Assembly (NCBI GenBank): GCA_965227515.1
Contig: CBDDFZ010000001.1
Coordinates: 800,001-864,000, forward strand
Source: Alphaproteobacteria bacterium
GTDB taxonomy: Bacteria; Pseudomonadota; Alphaproteobacteria; CALKHQ01
Reading direction: 5' to 3'
Length of the DNA: 64,000 nt
Shown piece by piece: positions 38,256 through 48,307 of the stretch. Positions within the stretch are counted from its first letter, which is position 1. Each line of letters starts with the position of its first letter. The translations under genes and the position numbers were made by a program. The notes under the pieces are model-generated. The model did not search any database. It worked only from the letters and a program-made list of their open reading frames with translations, and had not been told where the DNA came from.

Positions 38256-39233
38256 TTACTTCAGCACGAGTTCCACTCTGCGGTTCTGGGCCTGGCCCAG
38301 GTCGCTGGCGTTGCTCGCCATCGGTGCTGCCATGCCCACGCCGACCGGGATCAGCATGCCGGCATCGACGCCGTAGCCGCTGGCAAGCGCCTGGACCACG
38401 GCCTCCGCGCGCTGCTGCGACAGCGCGAGGTTGTAGGCGACGCCGCCCTGATTGTCGGTGTGGCCGACGACGATGAACTCGGCGTCGGGCCGGGCCTGGA
38501 TGTGCGCCGCCATCTCGGCCAACTGGTCGTTCGCCTCCGGGCGCAGGACCGCGCTGTCGAACTCGAACATGATGGCATGCAGCGCGACATGGCCGGTGGC
38601 CGACAACTCGTCGGCGATCTGGGCGCTGTCGATGATCTGGATGTTGATGTCCATCGCTTCGAGCTCGATCAGGTCCAGCTTGGCATAGGTATAGCCGCGG
38701 GTGGGGCCGCCGCTGTTGTTGTTCGCGGTGACGTAGAGCGACAGATAGACCTGGTGCTCGCCCTTGTTCAGCACCGCGGCGACGTAGCGCTGTTCGCCGT
38801 AGTTGTCGCCCAGGCCCTCCACATAGGGGACGGCGGCATGGTTGAAGTTGCGCCCGCCGCATTCCTCGGCCGCGCACTGGTAGATGATCTCGAAGCCGAG
38901 CCCGTCGAGCGCCAGCACGTAGTTGCGCATCACCTCCAGCGGCGACCGGTCCTCGGGCAGCAGGTAGGTGATCTCGGTGACCTCGCCTTCCAGCGGCAGG
39001 GTGTGCTGCAGGTTGTCGTTGATGCCGCCATAGGCCGTCGCCGCCTCGAACAACAGGTGATAGGCATCGTATGACGCATGGTCGTAACGGACGATCTCCG
39101 CGCCTTCGTACCGCGGAAGGATCGGGTGGTCGGAACTGCCGGCCACGTCGGCCGCCATCGCGCCGGCGGTCGCCGCACCGCTCAGCACCAGCCCGGCCAG
39201 AATGGCCGAGGTCTTCATCGCACGCTTGGACAT
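38256..39233 (-). CDS. OmpA family protein with DUF4892-like N-terminal domain
   Basis: Signal peptide, GSSDHPILPRYEG, SPLEVMRNY, CGG, VGHTDNQG, NLALSQQRA and NRRVEL. Confidence 0.88.
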   Translation of the reverse strand: MSKRAMKTSAILAGLVLSGAATAGAMAADVAGSSDHPILPRYEGAEIVRYDHASYDAYHLLFEAATAYGGINDNLQHTLPLEGEVTEITYLLPEDRSPLEVMRNYVLALDGLGFEIIYQCAAEECGGRNFNHAAVPYVEGLGDNYGEQRYVAAVLNKGEHQVYLSLYVTANNNSGGPTRGYTYAKLDLIELEAMDINIQIIDSAQIADELSATGHVALHAIMFEFDSAVLRPEANDQLAEMAAHIQARPDAEFIVVGHTDNQGGVAYNLALSQQRAEAVVQALASGYGVDAGMLIPVGVGMAAPMASNASDLGQAQNRRVELVLK

Positions 39234-39439
39234 TGACCTTCTCCTGATGAGGGTAGTGTCCATGGGTGTCGCGGCGGGCAGGCGCGATGTTCAATCGCTG
39301 TGCGGGACGCTGGCCGGGCGCGGCGGCCAGTTTCTCGGCGCAGATCGCGCGCCGCCTTGCCTCGGGGCCGGTTTTTCGGCACTGTCCGCGCGGTTCCTCA
39401 CCGTAGCCGACCGATGCCCCAACACGCCGGAGACTTTCC

Positions 39440-40849
39440 ATGGCCGACACCGATTTCGACGTCATCTACATCGGGGCCGGCCCCGGCGGGTATGTCTCCG
39501 CCATCCGGGCCGCCCAGCTCGGGCTTGAGGTCGCCGTCGTCGAGAAGCGCGGTGCGCTGGGCGGCACCTGCCTGAACGTCGGCTGCATCCCGTCGAAGGC
39601 GATGCTGCAATCCTCAGAGCTCTATGCCGAGGCGGCGCACGGGCTGGAGGCCCATGGCGTCAAGCTGGGCAAGGTCACGCTGGACCTGAAGACCATGCTC
39701 GCACGCAAGTCGAAGGTGGTGAAGGACCTGACCAAGGGCATCTCGTTCCTGTTAGACAAGAACGAGATCGAGTGGATCGAGGGCACCGGCAAGATCCTGG
39801 AGCCCGGCAAGGTGCAGGTGACCGACGACGACGGCGAGACCTCCACCATCACCGCCGATTCCATCGTGATCGCGACCGGCTCGGAATCGACGCCGCTGCC
39901 GGGCGTGGACGTCGACGAGAAGCAGATCGTCACCTCCACCGGCGCGCTGGAGTTCGACAAGGTGCCGAAGCACCTGGTGGTTATCGGCGCCGGCTATATC
40001 GGCCTGGAGCTGGGCTCGGTCTGGCGGCGGCTGGGCGCGGAAGTCACCTGCGTGGAGTTCCTGGACCGCATCACCCCCGGCATGGACGGCGAGATCGCCA
40101 AGGCGTTTCAGCGCGTGCTGACCAAGCAGGGCATCAAGTTCAAGCTGGGCACCAAGGTGACCGGCGCGAAGACGACCAAGACCCAGGTGACCCTGACCCT
40201 GGAACCGGCCAAGGGCGGCGACGAGGAGACCCTGAAGGCCGATGCCGTGATGGTGTCGATCGGCCGCCGGCCCTACACCGAGGGCCTGGGGCTGGAGGAC
40301 GTCGGCGTCGAGATGGACAAGCGCGGCGTGATCCAGGTCGACGAGGCGTTCCAGACCTCGGTCGAGGGCATCTACGCCATCGGCGACTGCATTCCCGGCG
40401 CCATGCTGGCCCACAAGGCCGAGGAGGAGGGCGTGGCGCTGGCCGAGATCCTGGGCGGCGAAAAGGGCCACGTGAACTACGACGTCATCCCCGGCATCGT
40501 CTACACGTGGCCGGAGGTGGCCTCGGTCGGCAAGACCGAGGAGGCCTGCAAGGACGAAGGAATCGAGATCAAGGTCGGCAAGTTCCCGTTCACCGCCAAC
40601 AGCCGCGCGCGCGCCAACGCCGACACCGACGGCATGGTCAAGATCATCGCCGATGCCGAGACCGACCGGGTGCTGGGCTGCCACATCATGGGGCCGGACG
40701 CCGGCACGATGATCCACGAGGTGGTGGCGGCGATGGAGTTCGGCGCCTCGTCGGAGGACATCGCGCGCACCTGCCACGGCCACCCGACGCTGAACGAGGC
40801 GGTCAAGGAGGCCGCGCTGGCGGTCGACGGACGGGCGCTGCACATCTAG
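39440..40849 (+). CDS. lpdA: Dihydrolipoyl dehydrogenase
   Basis: GAGPGGY, GGTCLNVGCIPSK, GAGYIGLE and HPTLNE. Confidence 0.96.
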   Translation: MADTDFDVIYIGAGPGGYVSAIRAAQLGLEVAVVEKRGALGGTCLNVGCIPSKAMLQSSELYAEAAHGLEAHGVKLGKVTLDLKTMLARKSKVVKDLTKGISFLLDKNEIEWIEGTGKILEPGKVQVTDDDGETSTITADSIVIATGSESTPLPGVDVDEKQIVTSTGALEFDKVPKHLVVIGAGYIGLELGSVWRRLGAEVTCVEFLDRITPGMDGEIAKAFQRVLTKQGIKFKLGTKVTGAKTTKTQVTLTLEPAKGGDEETLKADAVMVSIGRRPYTEGLGLEDVGVEMDKRGVIQVDEAFQTSVEGIYAIGDCIPGAMLAHKAEEEGVALAEILGGEKGHVNYDVIPGIVYTWPEVASVGKTEEACKDEGIEIKVGKFPFTANSRARANADTDGMVKIIADAETDRVLGCHIMGPDAGTMIHEVVAAMEFGASSEDIARTCHGHPTLNEAVKEAALAVDGRALHI

Positions 40850-40886
40850 GGTGTTTGCTAGGCGCGTCTGGCACGGAGGGATCGAC

Positions 40887-41762
40887 ATGACGATGGCAAG
40901 CAGCGCAGGCCGATGGACCGGTATCTCGATGGCTGCGGCCTTCGCAATGTTCGCCCTGGCGCCCGACGCCAAGGCCGAGACCTACTATTTGGTCTGCGCG
41001 AACGGCGGCCAGATGCAGATCGACATCTCGGACGACTTCGCGACCGCGGAGGCATTCCACAACAACACCAGCAGCGGCCTGCTGGAGCGCGTGCCCACCG
41101 CCAATGGCATGCGCTATGGCTACGGCGCGTTCCAGGTGTTCCTGAACGGCCAGTTGACCGAGGCCCAGGTCGACTGGAACGGCCTGGAGACCACTTGCGT
41201 CCGCGACACCGGCACCACTGGCCCGTCCTCGAATATCGAAAGCGCCAACAGCCAGAACGGCAACGCATCCGGCAATGCATCCGGCAATGCCTCGGGCGGC
41301 GGCGCCAACCTGCCGCGTTGGACCGACGACGGCACCTACGAGCTGGAAGGCGGGGAGACGGTGTCCGCCGCCTCGGTGACCCACCAAGGCGTCATTCTCG
41401 TCGCCAGGTGCACCCCCGGCGGCAGCACCGTCGGTGTAGAACTCCTGGCGACCGGCGACTTCGCGCCCACCTGGGACGCCGTCATGGTCGATGCGACCGC
41501 GGGCGACGATCCCGACACCTTCGTGGCGTTTTCCGGTGGGGCGATCGGGCCGTTCGGGTCGAGCTTCGCCGCGTTCGACGGCAGCGTCGGAATCTCGCCG
41601 GCCTTTGCCGTGGGCAGCCCGGTGGTTTCAGGCCTGATTGTCGAGTCCGCCGTCACCTTCACGTTCAAGGATCAGTCCTGGAGCTTCCCGCTCGGCGGAT
41701 CGAAGGCAGCCATCTGTGCCGCGTTGGCCCGCTGCGGCCTGTCGCAGCCCAATTGCGTCTGA
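40887..41762 (+). CDS. Secreted hypothetical protein with MliC-like N-terminal domain
   Basis: Signal peptide. C..G...LERVPTANGMRY...TTC resembles MliC/PliC. An NASG linker precedes a second domain. Confidence 0.6.
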   Translation: MTMASSAGRWTGISMAAAFAMFALAPDAKAETYYLVCANGGQMQIDISDDFATAEAFHNNTSSGLLERVPTANGMRYGYGAFQVFLNGQLTEAQVDWNGLETTCVRDTGTTGPSSNIESANSQNGNASGNASGNASGGGANLPRWTDDGTYELEGGETVSAASVTHQGVILVARCTPGGSTVGVELLATGDFAPTWDAVMVDATAGDDPDTFVAFSGGAIGPFGSSFAAFDGSVGISPAFAVGSPVVSGLIVESAVTFTFKDQSWSFPLGGSKAAICAALARCGLSQPNCV

Positions 41763-41780
41763 CGTAGGGTCCGCCGCGCC

Positions 41781-42806
41781 ATGGACCCGTTCTCCACCCG
41801 CAGCCTGGGCAAGTGCGGTGTCGACCTGCCACTCCTGGGTCTTGGCGGCGCGCCGCTGGGCGATCTCTACGACACCCTGGATGACAAGGCGGCCGCCGCG
41901 ACCCTGGACGGTGCCTGGCAGGCCGGGGTCCGCTTCTACGACACCTCGCCGTGGTACGGGCGCGGCCAGTCAGAGCACCGCATGGGCCGCGCGCTCTATC
42001 GCCGGCCGCGCGACCAGTTCATCCTGTCGACCAAGGTCGGCCGCGTGTTCCGCGCGCCGCTGGACCCGCCCGCGTTCGACACCGGGTTCTGGGCCGGCGG
42101 GCTGCACTTCGAGCATGTGTTCGACTACAGTTATGACGGCGTCATGCGGTCCTACGAGGACAGCCTGCAACGGCTGGGCATGAACCGCATCGACCTGTTG
42201 CTGATCCACGATCTGGACATCGCCCACCACCAGACGGACGCGCGCGTCACCGCCTATCTGACCGAGATGGCGAATGGCGGCTGGCGCGCGCTGGAGGAAC
42301 TGCGTAGCGCCGGGCTGATCGGCGGCATCGGCGCCGGCATCAACGAGACCGGCATGATCCCGCGCTTCCTGGACCTGGTCGACATCGACTTCTTCCTGGT
42401 GGCGCTGCCCTACACCCTGATGGACCAGGACGCGCTGGAGGTCGACTTCGCCCAGTGCGCCGCGCGCGAGGTGGGGATCGTCATCGGCGCGGTCTACGCC
42501 TCCGGCATCCTGGCCACCGGGCCCACGCCGGACGCCTACTACCGTTACCAGCCGGCGACGCCGCACGCGCTGGACAAGGCACAGCACATGGAAGCGGTGT
42601 GCAAGCGCCATGGCGTGTCGCTGGCGGCCGCCGCGATCCAGTTCCCGTTCGGCCATCCCTCGGTCGCCTCGGTGATCCCGGGCGCGGTGTCTGCCGACCA
42701 GGTGCGCTGGAACGTGGAGAACATGCGCCGCGACATTCCCGCCGACCTGTGGGCCGAGCTGCGCGCCGAGGGCCTGATCCACCCCAACGCGCCGGAGCCT
42801 GGCTGA
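41781..42806 (+). CDS. Aldo/keto reductase (D-threo-aldose dehydrogenase-like)
   Basis: GLGGAPLG, YDTSPWYG, LSTKVGR, FDYSYDG and LLIHD. Confidence 0.9.
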   Translation: MDPFSTRSLGKCGVDLPLLGLGGAPLGDLYDTLDDKAAAATLDGAWQAGVRFYDTSPWYGRGQSEHRMGRALYRRPRDQFILSTKVGRVFRAPLDPPAFDTGFWAGGLHFEHVFDYSYDGVMRSYEDSLQRLGMNRIDLLLIHDLDIAHHQTDARVTAYLTEMANGGWRALEELRSAGLIGGIGAGINETGMIPRFLDLVDIDFFLVALPYTLMDQDALEVDFAQCAAREVGIVIGAVYASGILATGPTPDAYYRYQPATPHALDKAQHMEAVCKRHGVSLAAAAIQFPFGHPSVASVIPGAVSADQVRWNVENMRRDIPADLWAELRAEGLIHPNAPEPG

Positions 42807-42865
42807 CCGATCATTCCACTGCCGGTTTGGTTTCCAATATTGAATGCATCTAGAAGCATCGAGAG

Positions 42866-42894
42866 TTGACATTCGTTGTCATATTTGACAACAT
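42866..42894 (+). promoter_or_regulatory. TA promoter TTGACA-N17-CAACAT with operator palindrome GTTGTCA-N4-TGACAAC (42875-42892)
   Basis: Perfect 7-bp IR in the promoter spacer. The ATG lies 6 nt after the -10 with no RBS, suggesting a leaderless transcript. Confidence 0.7.
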
Positions 42895-42900
42895 CAGTCG

Positions 42901-43254
42901 ATGGAAAATGACACGCGGCCGATCGGCTGGATCAAGGCTGCGTTGAAAGACTTCAAGAAGTTTCCTGATCCGGTCAGAGACCGCATCAATGCCGCCCTCA
43001 CGATCGCAGCGGAGGGCCGTAAGGCTGACATCGCCAAGCCGATGAAAGGCCTGGGCATCGGTGTGATGGAAGTCGCGCTACGCCACCATACCGGCGCCTA
43101 CCGCGCCGTTTATGTGACTGAGATCGCCGGGTCGTTGTGGGTGGTGCATGCTTTCCAAAAGAAGTCCAAGACCGGGATCAAGACACCGAAGTTCGAGGTC
43201 GATTTGATCCGTAACCGGCTGAAGCGGTTGCGAGAGGAGTTGTTGGATGAGTGA
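42901..43254 (+). CDS. Type II TA toxin, RelE/ParE (Gp49/HigB-like)
   Basis: AKPMKGLG, GAYRAVY, VVHAFQKKS and GIKTP. Confidence 0.9.
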   Translation: MENDTRPIGWIKAALKDFKKFPDPVRDRINAALTIAAEGRKADIAKPMKGLGIGVMEVALRHHTGAYRAVYVTEIAGSLWVVHAFQKKSKTGIKTPKFEVDLIRNRLKRLREELLDE

Positions 43255-43576
43255 CGACAATGAGCTGGTACACGGCAGCGGCAATGTTTACCGCGATTTG
43301 GACGACAGGGATGCCGATGTGAAGCAGGCCAAGGCTATCCTGGCGGCCCGCATCATTGGCGTGCTTGATGACCGCAAGCTGAGTGTGCGCAAGGCCGGCA
43401 GTCTGACCGGCTTCACGCCAGCCGATTTCTCGCGGGTGAGAGGAGCCGATCTCGGCCGGTTCACAGTCGACCGCCTCATGAAAATGCTGCGAGCGTTGGA
43501 TGACAGCATTGAGGTCAGTATTCAGTTCTCTCGGCGCGCATCCAGGTCGGTGGAAGCACCGGTGCCTTCCAGCTGA
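43247..43576 (+). CDS. Type II TA antitoxin, XRE HTH
   Basis: GSGNVYRDL and DFSRVRGADLGRFTVDRL. Overlaps the toxin gene. Confidence 0.88.
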   Translation: MSDDNELVHGSGNVYRDLDDRDADVKQAKAILAARIIGVLDDRKLSVRKAGSLTGFTPADFSRVRGADLGRFTVDRLMKMLRALDDSIEVSIQFSRRASRSVEAPVPSS

Positions 43577-43671
43577 AACGCGCGGACTGCCCCCTGCCCG
43601 TATTGCGCGTGGCGGAACCCGCCCATTCGGCCTACCATCGCGCCAAACTAGAACCGTGGACGGGGAGAGAG

Positions 43672-44691
43672 ATGCTCAAGACGACCGTGGCCGGCAGCCT
43701 GCCGAAGCCGGCATGGCTGGCCGAGCCGGAGAAGCTGTGGGCGGCCTGGAAGCTGGATGGCGACGGCCTGGCTGAGGGCCAGCAGGACGCAGCACTCGCC
43801 TGGCTGAAGCTGCAGGAAGACTGCGGCATCGACATCGTCTCCGACGGAGAGCAGTTCCGCCGCCACTTCGTCCATGGCTTCCTTGAATCGATCGAGGGCA
43901 TCGACTGGGAACGGATGACCACCATGGGCATCCGCAACAACCGCTATGACGCGCAGGTGCCGACGGTGACCGACCAGGTGCGCCGGCCGACCCCGGTCCA
44001 TGTCGCGCAGGCCAAGTTCTGCCGCGCCCACACCGGACATCAGCTCAAGTTCACCCTGCCCGGCCCGATGACGATCTGCGACACCATCGCCGACGCCCAC
44101 TACGGCAAGCGCGCCGACATGGCGATGGCGTTCGCCGAGCTGCTGAACGACGAGGCGCGCGAGCTGGAGGCCGCGGGCGTCGACGTGATCCAGTTCGACG
44201 AGCCGGCCTTCAACGTGTTCATGGACGAGGTGAAGGACTGGGGCATCGCCGCCCTCCACCGCGCCATCGAGGGGCTCAAGTGCACCACCGCCGTGCACAT
44301 CTGCTACGGCTACGGCATCCAGTCCAACATCGACTGGAAGAACTCGCTGGGCGCGGAGTGGCGCCAGTACGAGGAAATCTTCCCGGCCCTCAACGACAGC
44401 CGCATAGGCCAGGTGTCGCTGGAATGCGCCAACTCCCATGTGCCGCTGGAGCTGATCGGCCTGCTCAAGGACAAGGACGTGCTGGTGGGCGCCATCGACG
44501 TCGCCACCAACGACGTCGAGACGCCGGAACAGGTGGCGGCCAATTTGCGCGCGACCCTGGAGTTCGTGGCGCCGGAGCGCACGGTGGCCTGCACCAATTG
44601 CGGGCTGGCGCCGCTGCCGCGCCACGTCGCCGAGGGCAAGCTGAAGGCGCTGGGCGCGGGTGCGGCCCTGTTGCGCCGCCAACTTGGCTAA
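43672..44691 (+). CDS. Cobalamin-independent core methionine synthase (MesD-like)
   Basis: AGSLPKP.WLA, QFDEPAFN, and Zn ligands HICYGYG, SLEC and TNCG. Single barrel only. Confidence 0.85.
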   Translation: MLKTTVAGSLPKPAWLAEPEKLWAAWKLDGDGLAEGQQDAALAWLKLQEDCGIDIVSDGEQFRRHFVHGFLESIEGIDWERMTTMGIRNNRYDAQVPTVTDQVRRPTPVHVAQAKFCRAHTGHQLKFTLPGPMTICDTIADAHYGKRADMAMAFAELLNDEARELEAAGVDVIQFDEPAFNVFMDEVKDWGIAALHRAIEGLKCTTAVHICYGYGIQSNIDWKNSLGAEWRQYEEIFPALNDSRIGQVSLECANSHVPLELIGLLKDKDVLVGAIDVATNDVETPEQVAANLRATLEFVAPERTVACTNCGLAPLPRHVAEGKLKALGAGAALLRRQLG

Positions 44692-44880
44692 TAGTTGCGG
44701 CGTCAATCCACCGGCGACCCATTGGCGTTAAGTATTATGAAGCGACGTTAAGTGTCGCGACCAGGCCATTATCTGGCAGAGTTCATGACAAGTAGTTCAT
44801 GAGTACGGTGGGCGAAGGGCGAAAAGACCCGCGCGCCGCAATATAGCGTTTTGGTCAACCGAAGTTGGGAGGAGACTGAA

Positions 44881-46179
44881 ATGACATATCTGAAGCGATA
44901 CACATCCGCCGCCTTGGCAGCCGGGCTTGCGGCCACGCTCGCTGTCACCGCCTGGGCCGACGAATGGACGTATGTCGAGCCCGAAAAGGTCGGCATGTCC
45001 AGCGAGCGTCTGCAACGCCTGACCGACCACATGCAGGCCTATATCGACAGCGGCGACATCGCGGGCATGGTCATTCTGATCGCGCGCGATGGCGAGGTGC
45101 CCTACGAGAAGGCGCTGGGCTTCCAGGACCTGGAGTCTGAGACGCCGATGCAGGCCGACACCATCTTCCGCATCGCGTCGCAGACCAAGGCCATCGTTTG
45201 CGCCGGCATCATGGTGCTGCAGGAAGAGGGCCTGCTGCTGGTCGACGAGCCGCTGGGCAAGTACCTGCCGGAGTGGATGGAGACCACCGTCGCGGTCGCC
45301 AACGACAGCGGCGGCTATGACGTGGTGCCGGCCGACCGGCCCATCACCATTCGCGACTTGCTGACCCACACGTCCGGCATCCCGTACGGCGCGTGGATCA
45401 ACGGGCTGACCGACGATGCGTGGGCAGAGGCCGGCTTCTCCGGCTGGTATTTCGCCAGCGACGACCAGCCGATCCGCGAGCTGGTCCGCCAGATGGCCGA
45501 CCTGCCGATGATCGCGCAGCCGGGCACCGAGTGGATCTACGGCTACAACATCGACGTCCTGGGCGCGCTGATCGAGGAGGTCTCGGGCCAGACGCTCGAC
45601 GTGTTCCTGCAGGACCGGTTCTTCGACCCGCTCGGCATGGCCGACACCCAGTTCTACCTGCCGGCCGACCAGGCCGACCGGCTGGCGACCGTGTACGACC
45701 GCAACGAGCCGGGCGTGCTGACCCGCGCGTCCGACGAAGGCGCGATGTGGGATCAGGGCAAGTACATCATCGGCGAGGGGCCGAACGTCACCCTGTCGGG
45801 CGGCGCCGGCCTGCTGTCGACCGCGCACGACTACTCCGTCTTCCTGGAGATGCTGCGCCGAGGCGGCCAGTCGATGGACGGCGCGCAGATCATGTCGCCG
45901 ATGTCGGTCAAGCTGATGACGACCGACCACACCGGGGACATTCCGTTCCGCCCCGGCGCCGGTTTCGGTTACGGCTTCCAGGTGGCGCTCGACCAGGGCG
46001 TGCTCGGCATTCCCGGCAATGAGGGCGAATACCGCTGGGGCGGCGCGTACCACTCGACCTACTGGGTCGACCCGGTGGCCAACATGGTGGTGACCGCGTT
46101 CACCCAGTTCGGCGAGACCGGTGGCATCGACGACCAGGGCAAGCTGCGCGCGCTGGTCTATCAGGCGATTCTGGACTGA
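44881..46179 (+). CDS. Secreted serine hydrolase (beta-lactamase class C / EstB family)
   Basis: FRIASQTK (SxxK), LLTHTSG, WIYG and WGGAY. Confidence 0.9.
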   Translation: MTYLKRYTSAALAAGLAATLAVTAWADEWTYVEPEKVGMSSERLQRLTDHMQAYIDSGDIAGMVILIARDGEVPYEKALGFQDLESETPMQADTIFRIASQTKAIVCAGIMVLQEEGLLLVDEPLGKYLPEWMETTVAVANDSGGYDVVPADRPITIRDLLTHTSGIPYGAWINGLTDDAWAEAGFSGWYFASDDQPIRELVRQMADLPMIAQPGTEWIYGYNIDVLGALIEEVSGQTLDVFLQDRFFDPLGMADTQFYLPADQADRLATVYDRNEPGVLTRASDEGAMWDQGKYIIGEGPNVTLSGGAGLLSTAHDYSVFLEMLRRGGQSMDGAQIMSPMSVKLMTTDHTGDIPFRPGAGFGYGFQVALDQGVLGIPGNEGEYRWGGAYHSTYWVDPVANMVVTAFTQFGETGGIDDQGKLRALVYQAILD

Positions 46180-46201
46180 CGCCTGTCAGTTGAACCACGC
46201 G

Positions 46202-46234
46202 ATGGCGCCAACGCCTGTGTTGGCGCCATTTTTT
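46202..46234 (+). terminator. Rho-independent terminator
   Basis: ATGGCGCCAAC/GTTGGCGCCAT stem plus a T-run after the hydrolase gene. Confidence 0.8.
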
Positions 46235-46260
46235 GTCCGGTGATGTCCACATCCCTCGCC

Positions 46261-46480
46261 GTCATTGCGAGCGAAGCGAAGCAATCCAGGCGATGGCCCA
46301 ACTACTCTTGTCATTCTTGGCCCGAGCCCCAAGCAGGGGCGAGGCGCCGAGAATCCATCGCTGGGCCAGGTCCAGAGTTCGCCTGCTTATTCAACGGCCT
46401 AACGGCCAACTGCAGGCGTATTGGACAGGAATGGACCCTCGAAGCGCCGCGCCCAACTGGCGCGCCGGTCAAGGGTGACA
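46261..46480. repeat. Degenerate GTCA...TGAC REP-like elements
   Basis: GTCATTGCGAGCGAAGCGAAGCAATCCA and a TGTCATTCT...ATCCAT / ATGGACC...GGTGACA pair. Confidence 0.55.
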
Positions 46481-46504
46481 CGTGTGTTTACGAGGGGTGG
46501 GCCC

Positions 46505-48307
46505 CTACTCCGCCGCTTTGGCCGGCGTTGTGCGGTCAAACTGGAGTGCTGCGAGGCGGGCGTAGAGGTCGTTGTCGGCGACCAGCTCCTCGTGGGTGCC
46601 CTGGGCGACCACGCGGCCCTCGTCCAGCACCACGATGCGGTCGGCATCGCGCACGGTGGCGAGGCGGTGGGCGATGACCAGGGTGGTCCGCCCGGTGCGC
46701 AGCTTGGCAAGTGCGGCCTGCACCTTGGCCTCGCTCTCCGAGTCGAGCGCGCTGGTCGCCTCGTCCAGCAGCAGGATCGCCGGGTCGCGCAGCATGGCGC
46801 GCGCGATGGCGATGCGCTGGCGCTGGCCGCCCGACAGCCGCACCCCACGCTCGCCGAGCTGGGTGGCGTAGCCCTCCGGCAGCAGGCGCACGAAGTCGTC
46901 GGCGGCGGCGGCGACGGCGGCGGCCTCCACATCGGCGTCGCTGGCATCGGGCCGGCCGTAGCGGATGTTGTCGGTGACCGAGGCGGCGAAGATCACCGGC
47001 TCCTGCGCCACCAGGCCGATGCGCGCGCGGATATCGGCGGGGTCGGCGGTGCGCAGGTCGACGCCGTCGATGCTGACCGCGCCCTCGGCCGGGTCGTAGA
47101 ACCTGAGCAGGAGCTGGAACACCGTGGTCTTGCCGGCGCCTGAGGGGCCGACCAGCGCCACGGTCTCGCCGGGCTGGGCCTCCAGGGTCAGGCCGTGCAG
47201 CGCCGAGGTGTCGGGCCGCGACGGATAGGCGAAGGTCACCCCGTCGAACCGCACCCGCCCCTCGCCCGGCGCGGGCAGCGGCACCGGCGACGCAGGCGGC
47301 GCGATCTCGGCCGGCGCGTCGATCAGCTCGAACAGCCGCTCGCTGGCGCCGGCGGCACGCTGCAGGTCGCCCATCACCTCGCTCAGGCCGCCCACGGCGC
47401 TGGCGGTGATGATGGCGTAGAACACGAACGCCGACAGGTCGCCGGCCGAGAGGTCGCCGTCGATCACGCCCTGGCCGCCCATCCACAGCATCGCCACCAC
47501 CGCGCCGAACACCAGCGCGATCACGGTCGCCGCCATCATGCCGCGCACCTTGGTCTGCTTCAGGGCGGCGCGAAACGCGGCATCGATGCGCGCGGCGAAG
47601 GCATCCCTGTCCAGCGGCTCGTGGTTGAACGCCTGCACGGTGCGGATCGCGTCCAGGCTTTCGTGGGCGTAGGCGCTGGCGTTGGCCAGCTCGTCCTGTG
47701 CGGCGCGCGACATGGCACGCACCTTGCGTCCGAAATAGATGATCGGCGCCACGATCAGCGGCACCAGCAGCAACACGATGCCCGTCAGGCTGACGTTGGT
47801 GATGATCAACAGGATCACACCGCCCAACAACATCAGCCCGTTGCGTATGGTTGTCACCGCCGTGGTGCCGATCACCAGATGCAGGACGCTGGCGTCGCCG
47901 GTCAGGCGCGCCAGCACCTCGCCGGTCTTGGTCGCCTCGAAATAGGTGACCGATTGCCGGAGCACGTTCTCATAGGCCGCGCGGCGGATGTCGGCCGCCA
48001 CCCGCTCGCCGATCCAGTGCACCAGATAGGCGCGGAAGAAGGTGGCCCCCGCCAGCACAGCCACGATGACGCAGAGCGCGATGACGATGCCGCCGAAGGT
48101 GCCCTCGTCCTCCGGCGCGATGCCGTCGTCGATCAGCGTGCGCAGCATCAGGCCGACCGAGAGCAGGCTGCCGGTCGACGCCAGCAGCGCCAGGAAGGCG
48201 AGCCCGACCCGCATCTTGTAGGGGCGCACATAGCTGAACAGGCGGCTCAGCGCGCGGACGTTGCGCGAGCGGTCGCGGTCGCCGGCCTGTTGCGACAGGC
48301 GGCTCAA
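46505..48307 (-). CDS. ABC exporter, fused permease/ATPase (MsbA-related)
   Basis: 6 TM helices, GPSGAGKT, LSGGQRQR and LLDEATSALD. Confidence 0.93.
   Translation of the reverse strand: MSRLSQQAGDRDRSRNVRALSRLFSYVRPYKMRVGLAFLALLASTGSLLSVGLMLRTLIDDGIAPEDEGTFGGIVIALCVIVAVLAGATFFRAYLVHWIGERVAADIRRAAYENVLRQSVTYFEATKTGEVLARLTGDASVLHLVIGTTAVTTIRNGLMLLGGVILLIITNVSLTGIVLLLVPLIVAPIIYFGRKVRAMSRAAQDELANASAYAHESLDAIRTVQAFNHEPLDRDAFAARIDAAFRAALKQTKVRGMMAATVIALVFGAVVAMLWMGGQGVIDGDLSAGDLSAFVFYAIITASAVGGLSEVMGDLQRAAGASERLFELIDAPAEIAPPASPVPLPAPGEGRVRFDGVTFAYPSRPDTSALHGLTLEAQPGETVALVGPSGAGKTTVFQLLLRFYDPAEGAVSIDGVDLRTADPADIRARIGLVAQEPVIFAASVTDNIRYGRPDASDADVEAAAVAAAADDFVRLLPEGYATQLGERGVRLSGGQRQRIAIARAMLRDPAILLLDEATSALDSESEAKVQAALAKLRTGRTTLVIAHRLATVRDADRIVVLDEGRVVAQGTHEELVADNDLYARLAALQFDRTTPAKAAE

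Noticed and set aside
44726-44802. Direct repeats CGTTAAGT x2 and AGTTCATGA x2 upstream of the serine hydrolase
   Set aside because: They could be regulator sites but are too short to support, and no cognate regulator is nearby.
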